Shown here piece by piece: positions 13,851 through 28,992 of a DNA stretch of 64,000 bases; position 1 is the first letter of the stretch, and every line of letters starts with the position of its first letter. Source of the DNA: Mytilus edulis. Taxonomy: Eukaryota. The stretch is from assembly GCF_963676685.1 (NCBI RefSeq), contig NC_092357.1, forward strand, positions 14,446,001 to 14,510,000, read 5' to 3'. A program made the translations under genes and the position numbers. The notes beneath the pieces are model-generated. The model was not told the DNA's origin, did no database searches, and worked only from the letters and a program-made list of their open reading frames with translations.

Positions 13851-15404
13851 ATCTTTCTTATTCTCTATACGGATACATTATAGCTTGTGCATAAGTGGCA
13901 CCCGCATATATTGTTTTCAAAACATTACATACACAGGTACTGTTTTCTGAGACAAATGCATGTGATTACTTGTCAGGAATTTGAACTGTGACCTAATAAC
14001 ATGTGGTTTTAACTATTCTAAAATATAATGATTTATGCTCTAATATTCTAATGTAACTATAAATGTTGATCTTGGTGACGGCAAACTGTTTCTACATAAT
14101 ACTCCTTTTTCTGTGAATTGATAATACAAAAACAAATAAGGTATGAAATGTAAGGAAACATAGGAATCTGGCATAAATAACAAACAAAATAGTTTATAAT
14201 TAAGGACAAAAAAATACCAATTGCTTCGATGCTTTGAAGCTTATGTCCTCTACAAATACTTACATAATGCAAAACAATTAATGTCACATAAATAGCTTAG
14301 CCAGGATGATATTGTCATCACGACAAAAGTTTTAAGAATAGTCGACTGACGACTTGTTTATCATTTAAACATGTTTTTGTTTGTTATTTGTCTTTTAGAG
14401 CACCTGCTGTTAGTCGCAGTTTTAATTGAAATTATCATAGTTTTCCAAGCTTTATCTAACTGCTTTCTGTTTTCGCTATTCATGTTGGTCCGTGTACCCA
14501 CCTCGTCGCCTTTATCCATATAGTTCGATATCCATATACCATTTTTCCTCCTGACATACAAGAAAAGAGGGGCAAAATATACCAGAGAAACAGTCCATAA
14601 TATGTTCAGCTAGACTCGTCGGTCAATTTTAATTGTACTTGCAAACATGTCAATCTGTGAGCTCAAAATAAGTTCAGTATAATAATAAAAAAAGCTTCTG
14701 CAATGACCCTTTGAATGATAAGTTATACAAAGCTGAATCGACCCGACAAAAACACCACATGCATTCATTTTTCTTTCAATATTGCCTATACAGAGGGATC
14801 ACAGATAGACATATAACAGTAAATGTGTAATTACCTCCTATATGTTGATTAGCAAATACTTTTAAACCCTCAATGCAATATGACACATTAACCATTAATA
14901 CTGTAAAATTATCCTTTCGTTTTTTAATGTTTCGTAATTTATCGTTAGAACTAACCAGTCACGTCCATGGCATGCGATGCTCTGTTTCATTGACAAGTGC
15001 TTATTAAATATATCTATAAACCTTTCAATCAACTCTGGATTGTCACGAACGTGTCTATTGCTTCGTGATTTTTAAAGTTGATTTCATCTACAAAAACATA
15101 AATATAATATTACAATTGTGAGTAGATATAGAAGAAGCTTCTCAATTTCATTTATCTTATAAATTGTACTAGTTACTTGTTTATGCCTGTAACATGTCAT
15201 GCAATCTGGACCCATGTTGTAAATTCTTGTTTAGTATCTTTGTTTGCAGTTTATTTTCCTTTGGTCGTTTATTTTTCATATATTAGTTACAACGGCTCTA
15301 GGATTGAGTAACGGATATCTAATAAAAAAAAATATACTGGTCTTTTTCCCCCTCCATAAGACAGTTTTACGCTTGACGTTTACAAGCTTGATAACGTCTC
15401 GTGT

Positions 15405-15490
15405 CACATTGTGACGTCGCTGATAACGTCTCCTTACACATTGTGTCGTCGCTGATAACGTTTCCTTACACATTGTGACGTCGCTGATAA
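15405..15490. repeat. 32-bp tandem repeat, about 2.7 copies
   Basis: cacattgtgacgtcgctgataacgtctcctta at 15405, 15437 and 15469. Confidence 0.9.
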
Positions 15491-18400
15491 TGCCTGCTCT
15501 CGTTTCAAAGCTGTGATACGAGAAGCACGGAGAGACTGAGAAGGGTAATATAGACGACGGGAAGAACAACAGGATGGATTTTGATGTGACTGTCATACAA
15601 TTGAGAGGTTTAGCTAGTAATACAACCATTTTCTATATAAGAAAATGCATTCACCAAGTCAGGGGTATGACGGTGGTTATCCATTCGTTGGATGTGTTTG
15701 AGCTTTGATTTTGCCATTTAATTAGGGACTTGTAGTTTTGAATTTTCCTCGGAGTTAAATATTTTTGTGATTTTTAATGTTGTATTGGAATCAATGAAGT
15801 ATACATCATAAAAAAAATCTTCTGGAGCAACACTCAATCAATTCTTACATCAATGCCATTCAATGAACCCAAAAGTTCTCCAATGACGACTAAGTTTTAC
15901 TATGAAGGATACGAATTAAGAAAAACGAATTCTTCCAAAGAACATTTAGAGCAATGGGAATTATTTGAAAACAATTTTTTTGTGAACTTCTTACTTGTTG
16001 TTGCTTTGCTGAAGATCGACCAAATAGTTTTAGATAGGTGATGTTTCGAATTAGATTTGAGATAATGTTACATATGACTAATGGCAATGGTCATCATCTA
16101 AGAGTTACCTGGAGAAAAAATAGATTCATAATTTTAAGTATTAATAGTATATAATACAAAAAAAACAAAGGATATGGGATATCTATCCATGAAAAAAACA
16201 AATAGGTTCATGCACAGCACAAAATCTCAGAAATTATGTGATTCTGTAGGTTCATTTTTGGCTTTCAAATAATCGACTTGGAGCAGGTTATTAAAAAAGT
16301 GATTCAAACGCATTCACTTTATAAAGTGCTGTTTTATATGTTGTGTGTTATAGAATTCAGATGTTGCAGTTACTGAAAGCAATCTCAATGTAATTTACAT
16401 AATGATATGATTCATGCCCTCAACATGGTTAAATGAGAATCCTTTTTAGATAATTCATCAGTACAAGTGGGTTTTTTTTAATTTTTAATTTTAATTGGCT
16501 AAACGACAAGTCATATGATTCCTCCATATGTTTTAATCTTGTACGAAAACAGTCAAAGTAACTCAATATTTATAGAATTATAAGCTCAGTTAACCCACTA
16601 GAAATTAATCAACAATTTTTTGGAATTGTACGTGTACGTCGTGCAAACGATATGCGTTAAAATTTAATAATTGATATAGATATATGAATACAATATTAGC
16701 GACTATGATATATATGTATAATGATGAAAGAAATTTGATAAATATTTCGTCAGCTAACAACATGACACATTATAATTAATTTCGCATGAAATGATACAGC
16801 TTACAACTCACTGGACAATTCTCCCAACGTTTTGTTTTTAATTTTTTACCCTCAAAATGTTTAATACATATTTTTTTCTTCTTCCTAAAATTGAAATTGT
16901 AAATATATTTGAAGAATTGTATGCAGGTTATAAAAGCACGTTTCACGGTAGATATTTTGAGCGATTTGACTTGTACACAATGAGTTCTACTAGCTGACTA
17001 CTTACCGTTCAGGGACAACTAGTTTTATCCTGACATGGGTTTATATTGCTCAATCTGATTTTCTATCTCTATGTTCGTGTTGCCCTATATGATATTTGTA
17101 CAATGTGTTTGTCTATTCCTTGCTTTTCATTTAGTCATTGTGTTGACTTTGTCTTGATTTGTACACGAAGAGTTCTTCGAGCTGATAATTAACTGTTTAC
17201 CTTCCTGCATAAGTTCAGCGTGGATTTTAGTTGTGTCCATGTGTTCTTCTCGCACTTTCACACTGTGTTTGTTTTCTTTAAGTCATTGTGTTGACCGTGT
17301 CTCGATTTTAACACGACGAGTTCTGTCAGTAAGAAAGGAATTTCCTAATTTTCCAGAGCGCAAATATCCTGGCTTTTTGTTATGTTCTTGTGACTCAATG
17401 CTGTTTTTGAAGATTTGTTCTATTTGCTGTAATTCTTGCATTCGTTTTGTTTTGACGTTTTGTGGTCTATACATTACTCCTTCGATGTCTTTATCATCTT
17501 TAATTGGTTTTAGTGGTTCCCAAACGCATATTTTACAAATTATTATGTATGATATAGGGGCAAGTACTATTTTGAGAAAGAAAAAAAATCGTTATAAAAT
17601 TTGAAAAAAACCTTTGAAACATTATCTCTCTGAACCGTTGTCTGAACTAAAATGCTGACACGGATCTTTTATATGCCTTTGTCGTGCAGTTAAGTTTTGC
17701 TCGTGGTGAAAGGTCGTACCGCAACTTTTAATATTTGTCTGTTTTGCTGACATAATAAATATGAACAGAAAAAGGAAACCCATAAAATGTCCGCTTTGTG
17801 TGCCTAGTTTTGTACCTTGCAACAACAGTATAATTATATGATTTGCAATAATAACGCCTATACCAAAGATCTGGTTAAATTGAGGAAAATTTCTTGATGC
17901 TAATAAACGATAATATAAAAATGTTTATAAGTACCACGAAGAATTATTTAATTTCAGAGTATGAGACATTTAAGAAAAAAAATCATTAAATTTTGTTTTT
18001 GCAACCACTTTGAATAGAAACTAAACATTTTTTATAATGAACATATTGCATAGAGTTCGCATCCAATAGTATCTCCGGTTCTTCCAATAAAATGTAATTT
18101 ACTAATATGTATATGACGGAAGACTTTATGCTATTATGCAAAAAATCATTTCACTAACCCGGATGTGCATTAGACCAATCTTCCTAAATGACACGGCTTC
18201 AGCATATCAAATCCACGCTGTCTACTTCTAATTACAAGACAAAAGTAATATATTACATAAAAGATCATCACTAATAGTAAGACAAATTATCCTCGTTCTG
18301 CATAATACACCAGAGCAAAGGGATATATTCCTTTGAGTAATACTATATTCTTTGTAGATATTATATATGTTGCACTAATAGAACACGATGGCTTTCAGTT

Positions 18401-20609
18401 CAACTTACGAATCAATTGTTTTCGTTGATGTTGCTTTGCAAGCATTACATACTATAAAACCGTGTCATATATTACGGGGTATATGAGGGTCTGGAGGGGT
18501 ACTTTTCATTTTTGTTATCTTTAATTTTTATGTTATTTTTAATTCTGCATTGTTTTTTGCTCCTTAATCATGTTAATCTCAGTTCTTAATATTGTAGCAA
18601 CCAATTATTCTCATTTTGTAATTATTCTAATTTTACCTATTCTTTCTTATTTTGGTTCAATATTCTCTTCATTATTAATTTCATCCCGGATCTCGTATAT
18701 ACACCTTTTACAAAGGGGACGATTACGAAAAATATGTTAGTTAAATAAGGTCACAAGGGAAATAATTATTGAACCTTTACAGGGAAAGAAACGGCTTTGC
18801 AATATCATCCCACAATGAACCTCCGTGGAACTCAGATTATCCAGAAAAACAATAATTTTGAATCAACTGGTAGTATCACGTTGGGCAACTACTAGTATTT
18901 TAGTTTCTGATGACATTGAGGCTTTCATATAAACACTATCAGAATTTATAGCAGCAACAAATAATAAAAGGCAATGTATTTTCTGGTAAATACTTAATGT
19001 TCCTATCGTAAAACTTTGTCTGTGAGCATTTACAATGTCGATGAAGCATGTAAAGCAGGACACGCATATTTTGTCCACCTGGGTCTGACTCTGTTTTGAA
19101 TTGGTGTTATTCTTTGAGTTCTTTCGTTTCAGTTTTGAACATCAGTTGGCTTGAAACTTCGGACTCGGACGCATAAAATTTATCAGCGTTGTTTTCCTTC
19201 AATTCATGTGCGCATCATCAGCCCTCAATACTCCTGTTTTAGACAGGGCTTCGTGTTGAAGTTGTGTTCTGGTCTATAATGGTTTACTTTTACAGATTAT
19301 GACTTGGATGGAGAGTTCATATCTATAACATGATCTATAAGAAATATTTATGGAATTGTCTGTTTATTAATTAAAAAAAATACAAAGACACTTGTGTTTC
19401 AACTTCCTAGGGCAAAGTTAACCTTAGATAGTTTGGGTTATTTCATTAAAGTCTTTTATTGTTCATATAGTTCTTTAACTTTTTATGTTCCTTTACATCG
19501 TTGGCTTTCAAATATACGACCTTGAGCAGTTAAATAAATAAAAAAAAAAGTGCTTTAGACGCATGAAATTTATAAAGTGTTCTTTTCATTTTTTTTGCTT
19601 CTTATATATAATAGTGTTTAGATAGGCAGACAATTAAGCTGGCTTAACAATGCATTTTTAATACGCAAATAATCATAAAGACAGCAAATGTAACTTTAGT
19701 CTGAACAAATATGATTCAAGTATTTTAATTATATATAATTAGTATTGAGATTAACAAAATAGAAATATTTGAAATTTAAGAATCTTGTGATGTAAAGGGA
19801 AAAAAGAGATGGGCGTTTTGTGTACGTCAATAAGACATTCAGATCACTGCATAACCTTCAACGATTGACACGCTTCAAATCAATATGTCAATATTACAAT
19901 CGGTATGAATCTAGACAAAAAAAGGAAAAGAAGACCATGATTTGGTCTTTATGACTTTTGATTCGAGCGTAACTGATGAGTCTTTCGTAGACCGAACGCT
20001 CGTCTGTCATACAAAGTGTTAGTTCTGTTATCGATAATGAATTTAATTGTACTAAAGAACCATTTGAAAGCCACGAGTAACATCTAAGTAAAAGGAAGTC
20101 GCTTACACACAACAGTCTATACATAATACTACACAAAAGACTAAGGACTGGCTAACACGAACGCAACACAATCATGACAATAAAGGACGTGGATTTAGGT
20201 ACTTTGGACTGGTTCCGCTGGTCATTTAAAAGAAAAGAAAAAAAATATAATATGACATCTATAAACGAGAGGCAAAAGATACTACAGGAACATTCAAACT
20301 TATAGGTCGAAAAACAAACTGGCAACGACATTGCAAAACACGAGGAGGAGCATAATACAAACAACTGTACACAAAACCCAACATAGAAGACTAAAATAAT
20401 AACTTATTTAATACTCCAAGGGTATTGACTTATTTCTGGACAGGTTGGTAATCCTAAATGAAATGCCAACACGATATAGATAGATGCAGTATGAGTGCCA
20501 ATATGACAACTCTCACAATTCGTAAAAGTAAACCATTATAGTTCAAAGTACGGTCTTCAACACGCAGACTCTGCTTGATAAAGACATAACATAATATCTA
20601 CATGTGCAA

Positions 20610-21300
20610 CAACTACAATGTGTAGGCAACAATTACAGCTGTAACTGTCACGACTTTACTTAATCAGGGATATGAGTTTTATTTTACTGTTTTCGATTTG
20701 TTTCCTCTCTCTGATATAGTAGAGCGTTTGATTTTGTCAGTTTATATGTACTTCCTTTTGAATTTACGTTCGAGTTTGGTACAAAAAGGAATAAATATAT
20801 CATGATGATTTGGTGGCTGCTCAGTATTCAGCCGAGTCTTTATATTTCATGTAGTATTTTGTAGACTCTCTCTTTGTTGTTTTTCGTATTTACAACGGCT
20901 TTGTTCGTATATCTGCGAATTATGAGTTTAAATATCAATGTTACAAATATAATGTGTAGGCAACAATTACAGTTGTAACTGTCACGACTTTACTTAATGA
21001 TCGATATCTGTTCACTGTTTTCGATTTGTTTTCTTGGCTGATATAGTAGGGCGTTTGATTTGGTCAGGTAACATGGACCGCCTTTTTAAATTTTCGTTTG
21101 AGTTCGGTACAAACAGGAACGAATAAACCATTAGGACTTAGTAACTTAATAGAAAGTTAATAATATATACAGCCGAGTCTTCATATTTCTATGTAGTGTT
21201 TAATAGACTGTTTGTCTCTTTGTTGTTTTTGGTGGGTTTTTTTTTGCAATGGCGTTTTCAGTTTGCCTTCGACTTATGAGTGTAAAACCCTTTTCGTATC
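20610..21300. repeat. Imperfect ~335-bp tandem duplication
   Basis: aatgtgtaggcaacaattacag.tgtaactgtcacgactttactt at about 20617 and 20951, with downstream similarity through cagccgagtctt. Confidence 0.8.
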
Positions 21301-22549
21301 TTCCGCATCTTCAACATTGATACTTCTTTATCTTCTCTATTTACTTATGATTTTTTATCGGATGTATTCATTTCAGCTCTTTTTTTATCTGGTCAATACA
21401 TGAAGTTCAATTCATTGACTTTACTGAATTTCTGCCTTGTATTTAGTCCAATTTTGCTTCCACTTTGTTTCGTACTCTCGCCGATACATTTAGTCTATTT
21501 CATTTAGGTTCCAACTGATATATCTGGAGAGTAAGCTGTCAAATGAACTTTTCCTGTGAATTCAAATGAAATATCAACTTAGTCCGATAGATATATACTT
21601 TAGGCTAATAAATATCCATACATCTTTTAACATGCAGTTGTAATTAACATTTGTTCTTATGACGTTTTGGATATCATATTATACACCGTTGGGATCTTCC
21701 TCGTTCATTATTTTAATTCTTTTGATTAAGTTTTTGGCCTTTTCAGTTATCACCTCTACGTGTACTAGGTTTTGGATTTTCACAAAGGCATTATCCAAAT
21801 GCTGCAGAAAAATTGGTTCTGTTTACGTTCTTGCAAAGGTATAATCGCTATCCTTCTCATAGTTTTGTGTTTGCCATTACTCCTTTGTGTTATGATTATT
21901 TATATTTTAACTAGAAGAGTTCTCCGACAATCCAATGTCTTTTCATTACCAGAATTTTAAAGTTATCTCATTATAATACTTGATTCATTTATTTGATTCG
22001 AAAAAAATGAGCCTGGATTAAATCTTAAGTATTAAGTAACACTTGGTTTATTGTGTATATGAATTGCAATTTTACTATTTGTAAACTTGCAAGAGTGATG
22101 ATTTAAAAAAAAATCTGCTTCACTCTTTTTGATTTTCGATTTCATATGTTTGAACCAATACTTGTATACAAAGTTTACAAAACTATGAATTGTTCAAAAT
22201 AGTCAGGATTTCTGAAATCAGGAATCGATAGCCTCAGTTGGCAAAACTTTTAGAAATCTTGGATCATCAATGATCTTCAACTTTTGACTTTATTTGACTT
22301 TTTACATGTTTTGATTTTAGTGACAACAATGAGTGTTTTAAGACGAAACATGAAGCTGACGTGCTGAATTTATAAGCTTGGTATCTGATGAGTTTTCCAA
22401 ATTATTCAATCTAAGCTGTTACTAGAAACAACTCTTAAAAAGTACTGCAGTTTCCTCATTTCACGTATATGTATTATACAATAGTGATTGGAAGTACTTA
22501 ACTGATGGCTGAACAGTAGTTATTTCTTAGTCTCCGATTTGTTTGAATA

Positions 22550-22770
22550 AGAGAGGCAAAAGTTACCAGAGGGACATTTAAATTCATAAGTCGAAAATAA
22601 ACTGACAACGTCATGGCTAAAAAGTTCAACATTCACACAATAGTACTCGAAATAAACATAGAAAACTAAAAACTTAGCAACACGAACGCCACCAAAACTT
22701 GAGGGCTGTCTGGTGACCCAGAAAGGTAAGCGTGCTCCACATGTGGCACCCGTCGTGTTGCTCATTTGAA
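22550..22770 (+). repeat. Dispersed repeat family (gagaggcaaaag...ggtaag...ctccacatgtggcacccgtcgtg)
   Basis: Related pieces at about 20270-20400(+), 33260-33320(+) and 34330-34530(-). Confidence 0.65.
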
Positions 22771-25319
22771 CATTTTTAAGAAGACGATGTGACCATGTAC
22801 AATCGAGGTTAAAACAGAATGGTCAAAGAACATGCATAATAAATTATACAGAAACGTACGAATTTAATAACAAGAACCTCATTAAAGTCAGACAGTGAAC
22901 TCGAGTACATCATTCCTAATTACTAACTCACGTCGGTCTATTCATGTTGAATATCGATGATTAGTGGGTTAAACATAATAAAACGAGTTGTATGTGCATA
23001 GTTTATTCAACAAATTTTACTAAATTACAATGCTACAGGTTATGAAAATTATGAAAATTTACTTTTTATATTTTGTGAAAAAGCTGAAAATTATCCACTA
23101 AACATAGAAAAACATTATATACACATCAAGTACAAGTATTCAGTTTAACCAATAATACTTAGTCTTTTGGTTTTGGGGGACAGGTGGGTTGGTCATAAGA
23201 ATATTGATATTAACGCAAATCATAGTTTCCCATTGAAGTGGTGTCCAAATCTTTCTTAGAAAAGAAAAGTAAATATCTGGTATCTTTTATAGTCATTTAA
23301 ATTTTTAAATTTTTAAATGAAATTCCCTTGAACATTATTTGAAGTGTTCAATTTTGTCACAATGCTGTTTGATATATCATATTCACTTATTTCCATTACA
23401 CGAATTCCCCATATCCCCAAAATTGAATACAGGTAATTATAACAACGCCAGATAGGGAAGAAGTGTGATGATAAAACAGTAATGCTATCACAGTTTGACA
23501 ATGTCATATGAACACAAATAAAAAATGTCAGCCTTGATTTTTGGAATGTCTGTACATTAATGGGACTTACATGTGATATGGAATGCTTTTATAATTGTAC
23601 ATAACCCGTGAAATTACAATATAGTCAATGCTCTATGTAAGAAAATATCCCTTAAGACAAAAGAGATTTTCAAAACAAGATTTCATATTATCGTGTTGTA
23701 CGAGTATCATATAATGAAAACATGTCACATCTGCGCTTATCTAATCATGTATATGAAAATAAGATTATGTAGCTTGATTGGTAATTGTCATAGACAAAGG
23801 TAAAAAGAAATATTATAAATTCAGGCCGTCTAACAACATGCTACAAATGTACTGACTCACTCTACCTTAACTTTGACTTATAATGATAGCGGATCGGATC
23901 AGTTAGTAAATGCTGTTCATTTAATTCAAAAGTAATTAGTAAATCTCAAAATAAATGCTTTTAACAATAACGCTTGGATGAAGCTACTTTTAATGTACTT
24001 ATTTCTCAAAACTATATTAGATTTATTAAAATTTCATACTTCCAAATAGATACGTTGACCTGATTGTGGTGTTGTCTCTGGATGATTTGTTATTATAAAG
24101 AAAATAGCTAATAAAACAAGACATATTCATTATCTTAAATGTAAAAACTAATTTGTAATAATACGAACAGCTGCAGACACACAATGAGTACGTTTTAGTA
24201 CTCAAAAGGTACAATTAGATTTTAATAACCATCTCGGAACCTTTCAATAACGATCGCGGAACCTCACTCTGTGTTATAAAAGTTAAATTGTTAATATAAA
24301 CAAATTGAGAGCACAAAAGAAGCATAAATGACATTTTCGAGCCCCCTCCCCACAAACATTGATAGAAAAAATATAAAAAGGGAATCTTTATATATAAAGC
24401 GCATGTCCAAGCTATAAACATTATTATTGACAAATCACACAAATTTGTGAAATGTATTGTCTATTATATCCATACCTATTTGGTATCACCCCCTCCCCTA
24501 AACAGTAATAACGATAAGTTCTGATGATTTCTTTTGCATCAATGTAAGTTTATAGATCATGGTTTAACTCTGTCTTTAATACTTAACGATTTCTTTTTCG
24601 TCATGTTATTATTCAAAATCAAAATCATGAACTAGTTATTCTTTTAACACTTTACTCCCTAATGTCTTAAATCTTATGTCATTAACAAACACAACACAAG
24701 AGATTTTGATTCAAGTCACAATTATTGCACATTTTAAATAGATTCATGTTGAAGGAGATAATTCAATTAAAGGCATAAATGTTCGAATGATAACTTGATT
24801 TGGTCCATTACATTTGTTTTTGATGATTTGAGAGCAATAATTGTTGAATAATTTAATGGCGTAAAACTTTAAATGTAATTTAAACACTATGCAATGGTTT
24901 TGTATTATATCACGGTTGTGCCTGAATCTTGTTATAAATACAGCAAATGAAATCGTATTAATGACGATATCTTAATTTTTGAATCCCATGCAACTAAAGA
25001 AAATAGAAATCGCTCCGAGCTTTTTGGATTTTGTCAGGACTAAATTGGTGATGTTTTAGCTTGCATGCTAAATTTTTAAATCCAATTAATAGAGGGACGT
25101 ATACGTATCGACATTAAACGATTTTCAACATGAAAATACAACCTATGAGAAGCAAATTGGTATATTGCTGGTCGAGGCCGTAATCGGAGGGTCAATTAAG
25201 TATCAAAGACTTTACAAATGCTGGTTCTTTCATATATAACGTGGTCCGCTATTGTTTCCTCAAAACATTATGTCATATTCAGTAGATCAGCATTTATAAT
25301 AAAATGTCCATTTGCTATC

Positions 25320-25500
25320 TACTGTGGTTTCGTTATCATTAGTTGGATACCAATTTTCGTAGGTTTCAAATGTTCAACGAATTATAAGATTTCTCTAGGT
25401 TTTGTATGCAAAGATTTGTAAAACAACGAAATCAAGTATCCACGAAAATGCAAGTTTTCCTCAATCCACGAAAATTGGTACACACGAAAAAAAACGAGAG
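25320..25500. mobile_element. Partial mariner-like MITE
   Basis: Starts tactgtggtttcg...ttggataccaattttcgt; the mirror atccacgaaaattggtac lies near 25464-25482. Confidence 0.55.
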
Positions 25501-27945
25501 ATGAATGCAAGATTAATGTTAATGCTAATAGAAAAAGTTTTAATGATAAACTAGAACATTTGCATAATACATAAATAAGTAATAAATAAACTGTTTTCAC
25601 TGGTTTTATACTATGACCTGGTGATAACCAATAAAGAACCAAAAAAAAAGGAATGATCACAGTTTAGTGCTTACTACAATGAGATATCTGATTTGTATAA
25701 AAATCATGATTTGTACAATATTTACATAACATTAATGCTAAATACAAGTTTAAAATATATTCACAAGTATAGACTAGACATACATCCTATGATAAGATGG
25801 AAAACAGTATGTTATATTTAAAAGCAATTCATTGTTGAACACATTTCAGACACTTTTTAATTCCTATGTAAATGTTAGTACCCATAAATAATTAACAACA
25901 ACCCATCATGGTATTTTTTGAATCCCAAATTGATACAGGAGATCTTAAACAACTACTACGTTAAATAACGTGTTTAATAATATTACCCAGAATGCATCAG
26001 ATTCTGAAATTGAAAATACTTGTCGCTAGATCGTTTTCAGAGAACACCATTAATGTCATGCTTTACAATGGCAAATACTATTGCTGAGTTAGTTACTAGT
26101 TAACACAGGCATACTAAAGCATACATAAAAAAAAAATATGTTCATTAATTCTTTAAAAGGTTCGACTAAACTTATGTGTTACAATGTCAAAGTACAGTTT
26201 ATTTTAAACATGTTAGAATTAGTCTAATTTCAAATCACTTGTACAAGCTAGATTCGGTGAAACAATAAACAAATAACAAAATAGACAGTTTGCTAGTTCA
26301 AATTAAGCTATGTCTTAATAGAAAGACACACACTAATTTAATTAAAAAAATTAAATTTGAAGGAACAAAACCCGGCTATGTTATTTTCATTAATTTTTTT
26401 CCAAAACCATACATTTGCCCCAAAGTAAAATCTGATTAATCTTTATTAGAAGTATGAAGCGTCCTGGAATTCATTTTTATTTTGAATAATAAAAAACTGG
26501 TCAAAACCTCAAAAAACTTTTTCTCTTTTTTGAAATCATAGTACTATATCAGACCTTTTTTTCATATCATAAATTTGGATCAAAGAAATACAATTTTGTT
26601 TTTTTAACATTTTTATTTGCAATTGGAAGGTCAGAAATAATGTAGTTAATTGAAAATATCAATGAATAAATATATAGGCTACAGTAGTATACCGTTGTTC
26701 AGTAGTCATAATTCGATAATATATTATTTTACACAGGTTATCTGAAATTTAAAAGGTTGAATTTTGTAAAAAGATACTTAAAGGTATATATCTTTATGTT
26801 ATTTAATCTATACCGATTCCTTTAAAATCAAATGGTTTGATGGATATTTACAAATATGACTCAATGCTATAGCATGCTATATCGTGGCGTTTGCCTCATG
26901 ATGAATTATGCTTTATTGTGGCGACTGGTGATAACTAATTTGACAATCATATCATTATTTGGCAAACATATTACGTTTTTGGCAGATAATTAGAAATTCC
27001 AAATGTAAATATAATGAGTTATGAAAGTTATCTTTTCATTTTGAACAAGAAAGATTCATTATGAGGTTAACAAGATGAAATATAACAACTGTTTGCTGCA
27101 ACATGTCGTTATTTTAGAAAAATCATAAACTTAATCAATGCAAAAAGTAAAAGAATACTAGTTTTTAAGCTCAAATTGCAGTTGGGAAAGTGAATATATA
27201 CTACTGTGTATATGTATTGAAAAAAATATATAAATAGATTTTTTTTCCGAATATTTTGAGGTTATAAAAAAAGTACATCTTTCAGGTTTTATACTATGAT
27301 ATTCTATGTAAAAAGGCGTCAGAATGATGCTAATGATTTTGAAGGTTAGCACTATTACATTATTTGCTATTTCCGCCCATCATGTTCATAAATGAATGAT
27401 AAAAAGATGAGAATACATTAAATTTGAACAAGATATCGTAGTAATAAATGGTATATCTTTAGACTGTATATGTACTATGTTAAATTGTGCCATCTACAAA
27501 TAGGTACTTATTCAGAAGAAATTATAAAGTTCCATTTTGCATTGAATTTAATGCCAAAACCCCTTAAATTCTCTAGTCTGGTTTTGTTCGATGCACATTG
27601 TGAAGTTAAGATATGAATTTTTATGTCTGGGTTTTGATTTGAATATGTTTTTGTGATGAATATGTCAAAATAATATGCGTTATATAAAAACATTTTATGA
27701 TTTTGAATTTTGCATATGAATTGCTCCATTGCAATAATCATTGTTTTATATATAAATATGTATAGTTCTAACAAAATTTGACTTTGCTACATAGTTGTCA
27801 GAAAACAAGGCACATTGAATGGAAAAAATACAATGATATGCCATATCTGATTATGAGGTTTACATTCACATAACGATTACATTTTTTTAAGCGATCGTAA
27901 AAGAGTTTCTTTTATCTATTAATGATTGAATGATTAGTTTGACAC

Positions 27946-28023
27946 ATAGTAACTCACAGTAGAAACATGTTATAGTTACTCACAGTAGAAATATGTTATA
28001 GTTACTCACAGTAGAAACATGTT
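27946..28023. repeat. 26-bp tandem repeat, 3 copies, in the putative 3'UTR
   Basis: atagttactcacagtagaaacatgtt x3. Confidence 0.9.
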
Positions 28024-28830
28024 TTCTTGTTCATTATTGTTTTATCAACCTTTTTTTATTTTCCTTATTTTAAAGCAGCGCTTCTAAGTAAATTGTGTTT
28101 AATATTATTCATTTGGTGCTCAAAATTATCATGAATTGGAATTTTTGAGATGGTATTTTTTTTTTTAAATTTAAGTTTATTAGAGAAAATATAAAAATGT
28201 ACTTTCAACGGTACAAATTAAACCACGATCTATCATTTCCATCCAATTTTACATTCTTCAAATACATAATACAAACATATATAATTCTAAAAACTACCAA
28301 TAATCTATCCGATGGTTACTATTTACATTTTACAATTGAAATGTACATTTACTTAACATAATAAAATATGAAAACACAACTGCAAAATAAGTATTTGCAT
28401 AATATGCAATTTCCATCATCAATTCCATAATTATCTAACAACAAACAGCTGTCACGTGACTTGTCTCTTGAAATACAGTAGCACCGTTGGTTGGAAATAA
28501 CGAAACAATTTCCAGAAATGTGTATACATCACCTTCCACATTCTTTGAGGGTCTGAAAAGGTTTTTTTTTTATCTTATCGTTAATTTTTCTGCAAAATTT
28601 TATTTGCTTGATCTATTTTTTCAATTATTTTCTGTTCTTTATATTCAAGTATTTTTTTGTTCTGTATTCTCTAATCCCCTTCCAGACCCTCTGATATTAC
28701 TGTCATTCTTCGCTTAATTGGACGGTGATTCTTATTATTATGAAACATGCATTTATGTAATGATTAAGAGAAATGCAATGTTCAAAACACTGTTCTTCAG
28801 AGACTCGGAGTCTGTGTCTGCGCTAATTGT

Positions 28831-28992
28831 TTAAACCTCGGTTTCGAAAGATGATTGGCTGATATCACCATTCGGAAGGTTGAGATCATCTGATAGTAAA
28901 ATATCGGAAACTCTCTGACCTTGTGTACCTTCTCCATCATCAAATGCATAATACTGGATTTTAACAAGTTTCAGTAGTTTTTGTGCGGTTAG
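28831..28992 (-). CDS. inx: Putative C-terminal readthrough extension of innexin (53 aa, ends ETEV)
   Basis: After TGA (28995-28993) the frame continues CTA ACC GCA...GAA ACC GAG GTT TAA = LTAQKLLKLVKIQYYAFDDGEGTQGQRVSDILLSDDLNLPNGDISQSSFETEV*. TGA-CTA context; about 38% GC by hand count. Confidence 0.6.
   Translation of the reverse strand, partial: LTAQKLLKLVKIQYYAFDDGEGTQGQRVSDILLSDDLNLPNGDISQSSFETEV

Larger units (their letters stand above)
23000..28830 (-). other. Probable long AU-rich 3'UTR of the innexin (end uncertain)
   Basis: Relatively TE-poor AU-rich stretch downstream of the stop. Several minus-strand AATAAA (tttatt on +), e.g. near 28176, 26612, 24022 and 23002. Confidence 0.3.

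Noticed and set aside
21330-21900. Possible decayed coding fragment on the minus strand
   Set aside because: Short open stretches broken by stops, with no recognisable motif.
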